Below, one piece after another: positions 35,979 to 45,612 of a stretch of DNA of 64,000 nt; the first letter of the stretch is position 1, and each line of letters opens with the position of its first letter. The DNA comes from an uncultured delta proteobacterium (GTDB lineage: Bacteria; Desulfobacterota; Binatia; UBA9968), in the NCBI GenBank assembly GCA_963771465.1, contig CAVYTU010000015.1:1088001-1152000 (forward strand), given 5' to 3'. Under the pieces are notes generated by a model that ran no database searches, was not told where the DNA came from, and worked only from the letters and a program-made list of their open reading frames with translations. Both the position numbers and the translations under genes were made by a program.

Positions 35979-36404
35979 TTAGCTTAGGCCCAAAACTTTC
36001 TCGGTCTGAATAATGATTTCCGTTGCAGTCGCCCGGTCTTTGAAAAAGATTCCTTGTTTCGCCACAGTCCGGATGCGCGTGGTTTTTGCGCTCACCATCT
36101 CCAGCTCAATCTCAATCTCGCGATCATTGGAAGTTGCCCGTATCGCTTTCCCCTGCTCGCTCTTCGCCGTGGAATCGACTTTGATACCCATGCGGTCGAG
36201 CGCAGTTCGAGTCGCGTTTTCTACCTGCGGCAGAGATGCCGTGAAGGTTCTGTAAGCAATGCCATCTAGGGTATAGGCCACTGAAGTGCCGGTGGCGACT
36301 CCCGCGCCAACACCGAAAAGCGTCATGCCCACGCCAACGCAACCGTTAAGCCACAGTGTTACGACTAGACTTAATGCGAGTAATCGAGTTTTTTGTTTCA
36401 CCAT
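35979..36404 (-). CDS. DUF3568-like lipoprotein
   Basis: Hydrophobic signal with LNGC lipobox and a Gly/Ala-rich segment; ATG 36404 chosen as start. Confidence 0.72.
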   Translation of the reverse strand: MVKQKTRLLALSLVVTLWLNGCVGVGMTLFGVGAGVATGTSVAYTLDGIAYRTFTASLPQVENATRTALDRMGIKVDSTAKSEQGKAIRATSNDREIEIELEMVSAKTTRIRTVAKQGIFFKDRATATEIIIQTEKVLGLS

Positions 36405-36420
36405 ATGGCAGGTAGCCATA

Positions 36421-36436
36421 GGCAATTAGCGAGCCA
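36421..36436 (-). promoter_or_regulatory. Putative sigma-54 promoter
   Basis: TGGCTCGCTAATTGCC, close to TGGCACG-N4-TTGC; upstream AACATTTTTGTC box at 36512-36523. Confidence 0.55.
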
Positions 36437-36573
36437 GCGAGCGCCGACGACCATTTCGCGGAACAGTACGCAGTTCTTGTCGATGGGACGGATTGCAATC
36501 CCCATCCCGCCGACAAAAATGTTGAGCTGGCGGTAATTTCTACCTGGGAAAGATCAGCTTAAGCATGGCACGA

Positions 36574-37227
36574 CTAGTGGGGGGCGATGCCGGTGATCTT
36601 GATGCTGCCATGCTTGGACTTGTATTTGCGGTTGAGCGCGATGATCACACCGGTCAAGCCTTCGATCACATAGGCATTGCTCGCCGGACCACCGTCATAG
36701 GCCGTCGCGCCAATGCGGGCGATGATCTCCATCACTTTCTGCTTCGCCTCGGCGTTGTCGCCGCATACCAGCACGTCGCCGAGCGGCGCATCGACATCGC
36801 CCAAATCGACCGCGGAAATATTATGCAAGGCGCCGATCACCGGCGCTTCGTCGCCGATAATCTGCTGCGCTTCCTGAAGCGCCGAGCCGGCGGGCGGCAC
36901 AAACGGTTTGATTTTATTCAACGGCACCACGGTGTCGATGACGATCTTGCCGGCTAGTTGGCCTTTCAAATCCTGCACCATCTGCGCTTGGCCTTCGTAG
37001 GGCACGGCGATAACGACGAAGTTGGCGTCTTTCACCGCTTCCCGGTTGGTTGTGCCGATCATCTCGCCGGCGCGAAGACTCGGTTTCAAACTCTCCACCA
37101 CCTTCTTGGCCTTTTCCGCGTCGCGCGAGCCGATGATAATTTTTACTCCTGGGGCACCGAGACGGAGCGCTAAGGCGCTGCCCAAGTTTCCCGTGCCGCC
37201 GACGATAGCTACAGCCAAGTTTTCCAT
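36574..37227 (-). CDS. npdG: NADPH-dependent F420 reductase
   Basis: GGTGNLGSALA, IGSRDAEKA, AVPY, DVLVCGD; located in the cof operon. Confidence 0.9.
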   Translation of the reverse strand: MENLAVAIVGGTGNLGSALALRLGAPGVKIIIGSRDAEKAKKVVESLKPSLRAGEMIGTTNREAVKDANFVVIAVPYEGQAQMVQDLKGQLAGKIVIDTVVPLNKIKPFVPPAGSALQEAQQIIGDEAPVIGALHNISAVDLGDVDAPLGDVLVCGDNAEAKQKVMEIIARIGATAYDGGPASNAYVIEGLTGVIIALNRKYKSKHGSIKITGIAPH

Positions 37228-37239
37228 TTCATATTCGAT

Positions 37240-37992
37240 CTAGCGAAAAAGATCTTCCGCCTCGGGGCGCAAAAGCTCTTGCACTGATCCGTCCTCCTTT
37301 TTCTCTAATTGATATCCGCGCACGATCACGACGGGAACGCCGTCGCGCTTGCCCATGACCAACTCCGCCGCGGACGCGATCTCATCGGCGACCGCCGCCA
37401 CCGCAGCTTTCAATTGGTAGCCATGGCGATCCTTCAATCCGCGCTCGTCTTTAATCGGTTTCATGCCAGCCACACCCACTGCCACGTCCGCCGTGCCCAC
37501 ACGCCACGCCCGGCCGAAGCTGTCGCTGATGATCACACCGACGGATTTTCCCGTGCGGGTTTGAATTTCGCGGCGAATTTCCCGAGCCGAATGATCGGCA
37601 TCTTTCGGCAGCAACGCGACTTGTCCGAGACCGACATTGGACTGATCGACGCCGGCATTGGCGCAAACAAAACCCTGATGAGTTTCGACAATCAATGCAC
37701 GGCCGCCGCTACGAATCACTCTACGGCTCTCGCCGAGAATCACTTCGACCAGTTCAGCTTCCTTGGCCAATTCCCGAGCTAACTGGCGCGCTCGCTCGCT
37801 CGGTTTCACTCCGGCCAGCCGCACCATTCGGCCTTCGGCTTTGGAGATCACTTTCTGCGCCACCACCAACACATCATCATCCATCAACTCCATCCCTTGA
37901 CGCGCGCAGCCATCGCAGATTAGCGCGCCGATGGAGTCGCCGCTGTCAATCTCAGCGATTCCTTCGAGGCCAAATAGCTCCAGCCGTTTCAT
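37240..37992 (-). CDS. cofE: Coenzyme F420-0:L-glutamate ligase
   Basis: VAQKVISKAEGR, GFVCANAGVDQSN, SDSFGRAWR, DEIASAAELVMGK; ATGA overlap gives start 37992. Confidence 0.93.
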   Translation of the reverse strand: MKRLELFGLEGIAEIDSGDSIGALICDGCARQGMELMDDDVLVVAQKVISKAEGRMVRLAGVKPSERARQLARELAKEAELVEVILGESRRVIRSGGRALIVETHQGFVCANAGVDQSNVGLGQVALLPKDADHSAREIRREIQTRTGKSVGVIISDSFGRAWRVGTADVAVGVAGMKPIKDERGLKDRHGYQLKAAVAAVADEIASAAELVMGKRDGVPVVIVRGYQLEKKEDGSVQELLRPEAEDLFR

Positions 37993-38678
37993 AAACCACC
38001 GGAACCGCGGCTCAACTCTGCGCCTTGTCGGCCCAAAAGCTCGCGCGCGACACGCGTCGAATCGCCGCCGGCGCAATCGTAGGAAAGGAACCGCTCAAGG
38101 TCCGCAGGCTCATCAATATCCAGCGCGATATGCTCATTTTCAAAGTAGCGCTGCGGCAGACCACTCTCGGTCACTTGCGCCGAATGAAAAGTGAAGCTGT
38201 CGTAACCGAAGCGTAGTTGAATCACATCCGGCGGCGCCAACAGCAAAGCGTTGGTTCCCAAGCGGTCATGAGAGGGCACGAGTAAAGCGAATGGCGCGCT
38301 CGCTCCGGGTGGAACTTGCGCGAGAACCTGTTCCACGTCGGTCGCGCTCGCCAACGGCATATCGCCGGGCAGAATCAGCACCGCTTCGCAACCCGCTTGC
38401 TTAAGCTCAAGCCGCGCGAAGTCGACCGCGCTGGTTTCTCCATTCTCGGCGCGCTCGCGCATCACTTCGGCACCGGCTGATGCAGCGATCGCAGCGACCC
38501 TATCGTCACCGGTGACGACAAACGTCGCGGTCAGTCCGCGCGCCAAGCGCACTTGGCGCAAAATATCGCGGAACATGGTTTCCGCCAATAACTCCCGCGC
38601 CGCGCTGCCCAACATCGGGCTAAGGCGTTGCTTGGCATTGCGAAATCCTTTTACAGGCATTAGTGCGGTGACGTTCAT
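37989..38678 (-). CDS. cofC: 2-phospho-L-lactate/PEP guanylyltransferase
   Basis: PVKGFRNAKQRLS, PGDMP, GTNALLL, FGYDSF, LDIDEPADL. Confidence 0.92.
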   Translation of the reverse strand: MNVTALMPVKGFRNAKQRLSPMLGSAARELLAETMFRDILRQVRLARGLTATFVVTGDDRVAAIAASAGAEVMRERAENGETSAVDFARLELKQAGCEAVLILPGDMPLASATDVEQVLAQVPPGASAPFALLVPSHDRLGTNALLLAPPDVIQLRFGYDSFTFHSAQVTESGLPQRYFENEHIALDIDEPADLERFLSYDCAGGDSTRVARELLGRQGAELSRGSGGL

Positions 38679-38704
38679 GGCAAACCAGAAAGAATTTTTT
38701 TAGA

Positions 38705-39631
38705 CTATTTTCGCGCCAAGGCCAAGACCTCGCGCGCCAGCCGGCGCTTGTGAGCGAGATCGGGCATGCGAATGTCGGCAGTCACGGCACGAATCTTGAG
38801 TTGTTGAATCTCCGAAATCAGCTGTCGATCTTCGTCGGCAATGATCAACGTGTCGAGAAAATCGCGGTAACACTCGGCCACACCGCGTGCAGAAGCTTTG
38901 ACACCGCTAGCACTCATCAGCTTATGTGCCGGACCCGAGATTGCCGATCCACCGATAGTTGGGCTGACGCCGACAATCGCTGCGGCACTTTTGGCTAATG
39001 CTGAGCGCATTCCGGGAACGGCGAGAATCGGACCGATACTAGTGATCGGATTGCTCGGGCAAACGACGATCGCTTGGGCGTTAAGGATCGCGGTAATCAC
39101 ACCAGGCGCCGGTTGGCTATTCTCAGCGCCGGCGAAACGAACCGCGCTCACTTCCCGCGACCAACGCTCTTTGACAAAATATTCCTGGAAAGAAATCTCT
39201 CCCTGCGCCGTCGTCACGCAGGTTTCAACGCGGTCATCGGACATGGGTAAAATTGTCGATTGAACGCCGAGCACGCGGCGCATCCGCTCGGTGATCGCGC
39301 TCAGTTTGCCACCTTCCTTCAGCAACCGCGTGCGCGTAATATGCGTCGCCAAATCTTTATCGCCGAGATTGAACCACGCCTCGTTACCCAGTCGGCGCAG
39401 TTGCTCCAGTACGGCGAACGTATCACCGGCGATGCCCCAACCTTTGCCTGGATCGCTCAAGCCGGCAAGTGTGTAAGTAATCGTGTCGATGTCCGGCGAA
39501 ACGTAAAGTCCGTGCACGATCGCGTCGTCGCCGGTGTTGCAGATCACCGTCAGTTCAGCGGGATCGATTTCGGCGGCCAATCCTTCAACCAGCTTCGCCC
39601 CGCCGGTGCCGCCGCTAAGTGCGACGATCAT
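38705..39631 (-). CDS. cofD: 2-phospho-L-lactate transferase
   Basis: LSGGTGGAKL, NTGDD, SPDIDT, WFNLGDKDLATH, PSNPITSIGPIL. Confidence 0.94.
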   Translation of the reverse strand: MIVALSGGTGGAKLVEGLAAEIDPAELTVICNTGDDAIVHGLYVSPDIDTITYTLAGLSDPGKGWGIAGDTFAVLEQLRRLGNEAWFNLGDKDLATHITRTRLLKEGGKLSAITERMRRVLGVQSTILPMSDDRVETCVTTAQGEISFQEYFVKERWSREVSAVRFAGAENSQPAPGVITAILNAQAIVVCPSNPITSIGPILAVPGMRSALAKSAAAIVGVSPTIGGSAISGPAHKLMSASGVKASARGVAECYRDFLDTLIIADEDRQLISEIQQLKIRAVTADIRMPDLAHKRRLAREVLALARK

Positions 39632-40893
39632 GAAGTGAATTCCGCGGTCAATGAAGTGTTAGCGTGATCGGGTGAAGAAAAATTGCCCAGCGGACCGTTG
39701 TGCTTGACTAGCCCATCAGCGCCGCAAAGCGATTCAACAAGTGGTAACAACGCCGGCGCCAGGAATTTGTCGCCTTGATGAACGTATTCAGGATACACCG
39801 GCAGGCGCGCCCTAAGTTCGAAACCCGCTTTGGCGCTTTTTTGTTGTAAGATTTGTAATGCCGGCCACGGCGCTTCGGGGTTGATGAAGTCGGGCGTCAG
39901 CGGCGACACGCCGCCCCAGTCGTTAATCCCCGCGTCCAAATATAATTCATAGCCGTCCGGCGTCAGATTGGGCGGCGCTTGGATATTCATCGCGCCGCCG
40001 AGAATCAAACGCGCCAATGCGATCGTCTTCACCATGTCGTCTTTGCTCGCATGCGGATGCGACCGCATGGGGATCGTCGGCTTGGCGCGAAAGTTTTGCA
40101 CGATCACTTCTTGAATATGGCCGTAGCGCTGATGTAAATCGCGAATCGTCACCAGCGAGTCGATTCTCTCCTGCCAGTTCTCACCGATACCGATAAGGAT
40201 TCCGGTGGTGAACGGAATGTGCAATTCGCCGGCCAGCTGCAACGTTCGCAGCCGCGCCGCCGGCTTTTTGTCCGGCGCGTGGTTGTGCGCAGCGCCAGGC
40301 AAAAGCAAACGTTCGCTGACGCTTTCGAGCATCAGCCCCATGCTGGGGTTGAATTCTTTCAAGCGTTGCAAGTCGCTCCGGCCCATGACGCCAGGATTGG
40401 CGTGCGGCAGGAGCGCGGTTTCTTCCACGACGACGCGGCATGCTTCGAGCAGATAATCGAGGGTGCGCTGGTGGCCGCGCTCGGCCAAGAACTGTTTCAT
40501 CTCGGGGTAAATCGCTTCCGGCTTGTCGCCGAGGCTAAAAAGCACTTCCGTACAGCCGAGCGCTTTGCCTTGGCGCACCACGCGCAAAACTTCATCGAGG
40601 GTCATCGATTTGGCGCCCGGTTCATCCGGCGCCTTACGGAAAGTGCAGTAACCGCAGAAATCGCGGCACAGATTGGTCAACGGCACGAAAATCTTGGGCG
40701 AAAACGTGACCACCCGCCCTTTGTGCCGATCGCGGACCTCAGCGGCAAGCGAAAGCAACGAACCAAGTTGGTCGCCTTCAGCGTCAACCAGCGTAAGCGC
40801 GTCGCTGCGGCTCAGCGACTTTCCCTCACGACATGCGTTGAGTATCGCGTGCATCACCCTTGATTGAATATCGGATCGGTCCTGATCGGTCAA
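39628..40893 (-). CDS. cofG: FO synthase subunit CofG (radical SAM)
   Basis: PLTNLCRDFCGYCTF (CxxxCxxC), LPHANPG, PFTTGILIGIGE, IQAPPNL, DWGGVSP, NPEAPWP. Start may be 40854. Confidence 0.92.
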   Translation of the reverse strand: MTDQDRSDIQSRVMHAILNACREGKSLSRSDALTLVDAEGDQLGSLLSLAAEVRDRHKGRVVTFSPKIFVPLTNLCRDFCGYCTFRKAPDEPGAKSMTLDEVLRVVRQGKALGCTEVLFSLGDKPEAIYPEMKQFLAERGHQRTLDYLLEACRVVVEETALLPHANPGVMGRSDLQRLKEFNPSMGLMLESVSERLLLPGAAHNHAPDKKPAARLRTLQLAGELHIPFTTGILIGIGENWQERIDSLVTIRDLHQRYGHIQEVIVQNFRAKPTIPMRSHPHASKDDMVKTIALARLILGGAMNIQAPPNLTPDGYELYLDAGINDWGGVSPLTPDFINPEAPWPALQILQQKSAKAGFELRARLPVYPEYVHQGDKFLAPALLPLVESLCGADGLVKHNGPLGNFSSPDHANTSLTAEFTS

Positions 40894-40917
40894 TCAGCGG
40901 AATGCCCGGTCTTACGC

Positions 40918-40946
40918 TTGACAGCAGCACAGCCCATACCTATGCT
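40918..40946 (+). promoter_or_regulatory. Sigma-70 promoter
   Basis: TTGACA-N17-TATGCT. Confidence 0.65.
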
Positions 40947-40986
40947 CGGCGACAATCGAGTCAAAACAGCGCCGACGATTCATTTA

Positions 40987-42654
40987 ATGTCCGCCCATCC
41001 AAGCGCCGAGAAGTCCGCTGAACCCGTCATCAGCGCCGCGCAGCTGAAAAAGCACTACGCCGCCGGCGCGCGCCATTTCGCCGGCGCTCAGTTAGCCAAC
41101 GCAGATCTATCCGGATGCGATCTCCGCAACGTCAATCTCATCGACGCCGACTTGACCGCCGTTAATCTTGAGCACACCGATCTGCGCGATGCCAATCTTC
41201 AGGGCGCAACCTTGCTACGCGGCAAGCTGCGCGATGCCAATTTGGCAAACGCCGATCTCAGCCGCGCCGTCGGGCTGCTGCCGGCGCAACTCGCCGGCGC
41301 CAATCTCGCCGGCGCTCGTTTACCCGAGAAATTTGGCGACTTCGACGGCCTACGCGTCGTCGAGGAGGAATCGAAAAACGCCCGCACGCTGTTCTTCGGC
41401 ACGCTGCTCGCCTGCGTTTACGGCTGGCTCACCATCGCCGGTACCAGCGATGTATTGTTGCTCACCAACTCCGCCTCGTCGCCCCTGCCGATCATCGGCG
41501 CGGCCATTCCAATCGTCAGCTTTTACGTCGTCGGCCCGCTGATCTTGTTGTTGCTCTATATTTATCTCCATCTCCATTTGCAGCGCTTGTGGGAACGACT
41601 CGCCGACTTGCCGGCGGTGTTTCCTGATGGCCGTTCCCTTGGCAAGCGCGCCTATCCCTGGCTGCTCACCGGCCTGGTCTATTCCTACAATCCCTATCTT
41701 AAAGACCGCCGGCCGCCGCTGTCGCGTTTACAGTCCGCCGTGTCGCTGCTGATCGCCTGGTGGTTGGTGCCGCTGACGATCGCGATGTTTTGGCTGCGCT
41801 ACTTGCGCCGTCACGACTGGGTCGGTACGACACTCCATATCGCCGTGTTAGTCGCAGCCATCGGCGCGGCTGTCATCCTTTATCAGCTCGCCGTGTCGAC
41901 GCTGCGTGGCCAGCGCCGCAACGCCGTGCCACTCAGGAGCATGTTCGCCCATCGGCCGACCTATGTTCGCGGGCTATGGATCGCACTGCTCGCCGCCGCG
42001 ATTTATATTCTTTCATTGGGCGCCATCGACGGCGTGCCGCCGGAATACGAAGCCGCCGAAGGTGAAAAATCTTTAATCAATGCCGACGTCACTCCCACCG
42101 ACGTGCGCCGTTGGGTGCCACAACTGTTGCAGGCGCTCGGCAACAAAACCTTCGCCGACCTGCGCGAAGTCGATGTCTCGACGCGGCTGCAGAATTGGAA
42201 GGGCCAAGAAGAAGACGAGCTCGATCGGGTCAAGCGCGGCCGGCTGCGCGGCGCTCATTTGCGCTTCGCCGACGCCACCCGGGCATTTCTCGTCGGCGCG
42301 GATTTGAGCCGGGCCAATCTTCAGGGCAGCTATTTATTTCACGCCAATCTACGCGGCGCCGACCTGGCCTGGGCCGATTTGAAAGAATCCTTCGCTTATG
42401 AAGCCGATCTGCAGGGCGCCAATTTGCAAAATGCCGATCTGCGCGGCGTCGATTTTAGCGGCGCGAACTTAAGCGGTTCCAACCTCAAGGGCGCGCGCCT
42501 TGATAACGCGAATCTGGAAAATAGCAATTTGAACAAGACCAACCTTAGTGGTACGTCATTGGCGACAGTGAAGGGATTGACTGCTGGGCAACTTGCCGCG
42601 GCGCTTACAGACGACAGCACGCAGTTGCCAGATACGATGACGCGGACCAAATAG
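40987..42654 (+). CDS. Pentapeptide-repeat protein with a central multi-pass membrane domain
   Basis: A(D/N)LXX repeats at both ends and several hydrophobic helices between; start placed at ATG 40987, downstream of the promoter. Confidence 0.85.
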   Translation: MSAHPSAEKSAEPVISAAQLKKHYAAGARHFAGAQLANADLSGCDLRNVNLIDADLTAVNLEHTDLRDANLQGATLLRGKLRDANLANADLSRAVGLLPAQLAGANLAGARLPEKFGDFDGLRVVEEESKNARTLFFGTLLACVYGWLTIAGTSDVLLLTNSASSPLPIIGAAIPIVSFYVVGPLILLLLYIYLHLHLQRLWERLADLPAVFPDGRSLGKRAYPWLLTGLVYSYNPYLKDRRPPLSRLQSAVSLLIAWWLVPLTIAMFWLRYLRRHDWVGTTLHIAVLVAAIGAAVILYQLAVSTLRGQRRNAVPLRSMFAHRPTYVRGLWIALLAAAIYILSLGAIDGVPPEYEAAEGEKSLINADVTPTDVRRWVPQLLQALGNKTFADLREVDVSTRLQNWKGQEEDELDRVKRGRLRGAHLRFADATRAFLVGADLSRANLQGSYLFHANLRGADLAWADLKESFAYEADLQGANLQNADLRGVDFSGANLSGSNLKGARLDNANLENSNLNKTNLSGTSLATVKGLTAGQLAAALTDDSTQLPDTMTRTK

Positions 42655-42671
42655 CATGGAGGAAACCAGCC

Positions 42672-43871
42672 ATGGACAATTTCGATAACATACTCGTCGT
42701 CGACGCCGACGGCCACGTGTACGAAGGCAACGTCGACCTACGTCCGCGCATGCCGGAAAAATGGCGCTCCCAAGCGCCAATCCGCATGAAAGACAACGAA
42801 GGTAACTCGCGCATGCTGCTCGAAGGCCGCATGTGGTCGGCCTCACAGGGACTTGGCCCCGGCGTGTCCGGACCGATGACGGACAAAGCGCGCGGCTTTC
42901 GTGACGGAATGGTCGATCCCGTGGCTCGGCTCAAAGACATGGATGCCGAAGGCATCGACGTCGCTGTGCTCTTCGGCACGCAAATCGCGCTCACCGTCAA
43001 CGGCTTGATGAGCAAGGAACTCTCCGCCGTGCTCTGTCACGCGTGTAACGACTGGCTGATGGAATACTGCTCCGCCGATCCCAAGCGTTTGCTTGGCGTC
43101 GGCTTGATCCCTTGCCAGGATCCAACCGCGGCGGTGCAAGAATTGGAATATCTCAAAAAAGCCGGCGTGGTGACGGCGATGCTGCCGACCAACGTGTATG
43201 GGATCAATAACATGGGCGACAAGATGTTCGACCCGATCTACCAATGCGCCCAATCGATTGGCATGACACTGAGCGTCCATCCGCAAACCGGCCACGACGG
43301 CGTGCCGGGAGTTTCCGGCGTCATGGGCGCCGGTAGTGAGCGCTTTCGCAAGTATGTCTACGTGCACATGACGGCGTTTCCTTTCGAATTGATGATCGCC
43401 ATGATGCACATGATCGGCGAAGGCGTGTTCGATCGATTTCCTAGGCTCAAGGTCGGCTTCATGGAAGGCGGCGCGGGCTGGTTGCCATTTTGGGCCGAGC
43501 GCTTTGACGAACACATCGAAAAACTCGCGCCGCAGATGCCCGAGCTCAAGCGCAAACCGAGCGACATCATCAAGAGCAAACAAGTCGTACTCACCTGCGA
43601 ATCCGAAGAAACCGGCCTCGATCGTGTGTTCGACGCTAATGGTGAAGACACGGTGCTTTATGCGTCGGACTACTGCCACTGGGATTGCCACTTTCCTTAC
43701 TCAGTAAAAGACGTCGTTGAGGGCACGGACTTAAGCTTCGCGCAGAAAGAAAAACTGCTCGGCAAAAATGCCGTAGAATTTTTCGAGCTTAAGCATCTGC
43801 CGAAACCTAACGCGCTTAAGCTGGCGCGCCAAAGTTGGAACGGAGGCCAAGCCAAAATCGCCATTGCGTAA
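42672..43871 (+). CDS. Amidohydrolase_2 family protein
   Basis: DADGHVYE, CNDW, SVHP, FMEGGAGW, ASDYCHWD. Confidence 0.88.
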   Translation: MDNFDNILVVDADGHVYEGNVDLRPRMPEKWRSQAPIRMKDNEGNSRMLLEGRMWSASQGLGPGVSGPMTDKARGFRDGMVDPVARLKDMDAEGIDVAVLFGTQIALTVNGLMSKELSAVLCHACNDWLMEYCSADPKRLLGVGLIPCQDPTAAVQELEYLKKAGVVTAMLPTNVYGINNMGDKMFDPIYQCAQSIGMTLSVHPQTGHDGVPGVSGVMGAGSERFRKYVYVHMTAFPFELMIAMMHMIGEGVFDRFPRLKVGFMEGGAGWLPFWAERFDEHIEKLAPQMPELKRKPSDIIKSKQVVLTCESEETGLDRVFDANGEDTVLYASDYCHWDCHFPYSVKDVVEGTDLSFAQKEKLLGKNAVEFFELKHLPKPNALKLARQSWNGGQAKIAIA

Positions 43872-43882
43872 GGAGATCCGAG

Positions 43883-44833
43883 ATGAAGCTGAGAATTTTT
43901 TTCTACGTTTTCCTGTTCGCGTTGAGTCAGCTCGTCTCGCGCAGCGCCCACGGCGCTGAAGGCTCGTATAAAATTCGCATCGGCTTTCCCTCCCTGGCGT
44001 TTTCCTACATGCCCTTCTACGTCGCCCAGGAAAAAGGCTTCTATAAAAAATACAACGTCGAGTCTGAGTACATTCAGATGACGACGACGATCCAGCCGCA
44101 AGCCGTGGTCGCGGGTAATATCAACTACTTCACCTCGGTCTCGACGGGAATATCTGCGGCGCTCGCCGGATTGCCTTTGGTCATGGTCATCAATTTTTGT
44201 GACGTTTCGCCTTGGGTGCTAGTGACCCATAAAGACATCAACAAACCGCAGGATCTGATCGGCAAGACCGTCGCGCTCTCAGGCATCCGCACCTCACCCT
44301 ATTATTTCTTTCAAGCGTTTCTGAAAAAATCGGAGATCAACGACAAGGACGTCCAGTCCATTAGCACCGGTGGCACGGCGGATAGTTTTCGCGCTTTGAC
44401 AACCAATCGCGTGGTCGGCACGGTTTTGACACCGCCGTTCGACGACAAGGCGGTTTCGCTCGGTTACAAGAAGTTCATGCAGTTGGGCGATCTCGCCGAC
44501 ATCCCATATGTCGGTTTGGTGACCTCGCAAAACGAAATCAAAAGCAATCGCGAGTCAGTGCGCCGCACGGTAACCGCCGTAATGGAATCCGTTGCGTGGC
44601 TGCGCGCCAACCGCGCCGAGAGCGCTAAGATGATCGTCGATAAATTTAAGGTGAATCAAACCGAAGCGGAAAACACCTACGCGACGCTGATCAGGATTTT
44701 GAACAAAGATGGCCGCATGAACCCCAAAGTTGCCCGCGGTTACCTCGACATCCTGCGTCAGGAGCGCCCTATCCCGGCCGACTACGATCCGATGAAGCTG
44801 ACGGACTTCTCCATGTTACCGAGTAGTCGCTGA
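43883..44833 (+). CDS. ABC transporter substrate-binding protein (NMT1/SsuA-like)
   Basis: AAGGAG RBS, signal peptide, YVAQEKGFY, DLIGKTVA. Confidence 0.85.
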   Translation: MKLRIFFYVFLFALSQLVSRSAHGAEGSYKIRIGFPSLAFSYMPFYVAQEKGFYKKYNVESEYIQMTTTIQPQAVVAGNINYFTSVSTGISAALAGLPLVMVINFCDVSPWVLVTHKDINKPQDLIGKTVALSGIRTSPYYFFQAFLKKSEINDKDVQSISTGGTADSFRALTTNRVVGTVLTPPFDDKAVSLGYKKFMQLGDLADIPYVGLVTSQNEIKSNRESVRRTVTAVMESVAWLRANRAESAKMIVDKFKVNQTEAENTYATLIRILNKDGRMNPKVARGYLDILRQERPIPADYDPMKLTDFSMLPSSR

Positions 44834-44849
44834 TTTTAGTTAGAAATCG

Positions 44850-45510
44850 ATGCCAACCCTGAAATTACGTATTGGAATCGGCTTGCTGCTGGCGTCTGGC
44901 GCCTTGATCGTCGGGCTATCAAGCGGAGAATCTCAAACGCGCCGCCACATTAAGGTCGGGCTCGATTCGCAGCAGACTGAAACCCTCAACCGCGACGCCG
45001 TCCAAGGCTCCGGCAGCGTTATCATCCGCCGAGGCACTGTGAATCCTTCAGGCCGAATCATCGCCAACGACAGTCAAAAGACTGTTAAACGCTTCAGCGG
45101 CATCTTCACTTTAGTGATGGACGGCAGCGAATCGATCCTCACTGTGGCGACCGGGGTGCCGCAAAATCAAATCGGCTACTACCATAATTACGCTCGCGGT
45201 ATCGGCTATATCGAGAGTCGGATCGTGTTCAACGACGTCGGCACGTCGCTTCGCGTCCACGCCTCGACACTTCCCGACGGACAGATCAAATTACGGCTCA
45301 CACCCCGTATCAGCTACTTTTCCGTGGAACGGCCGGGGGCCATCGACTTCACCGAAGCCGCCACTGAAGCTCATCGTCGCCAACGGCCAGCCAGTATCCC
45401 TCGGCGGCTCCGCCAGCAGCATGCACCAAGTGACGCGGCAGATTTTAGGTTACCGCGACCGCGCTAGCAGCAACGAGACCGATCTGAAGGTCACCGCCAC
45501 GATTCAGTAA
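44850..45510 (+). pseudogene. Secretin-like short exported protein with a +1 frameshift near 45369
   Basis: After IDFTEAATE the +1 frame continues LIVANGQPVSLGGS...LKVTATIQ* (stop 45508-45510), which reads as the natural continuation; the in-frame tail looks like nonsense. Confidence 0.55.
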
Positions 45511-45612
45511 CTGCAGATTGACGGCCACGCCATCTCCTGCTAACTCGGTTAAAAATCTCACACCGGCTTACCTGCATCGGGGCCGAGTGACCGCCGCCAT
45601 GGGGTAGAGCGA

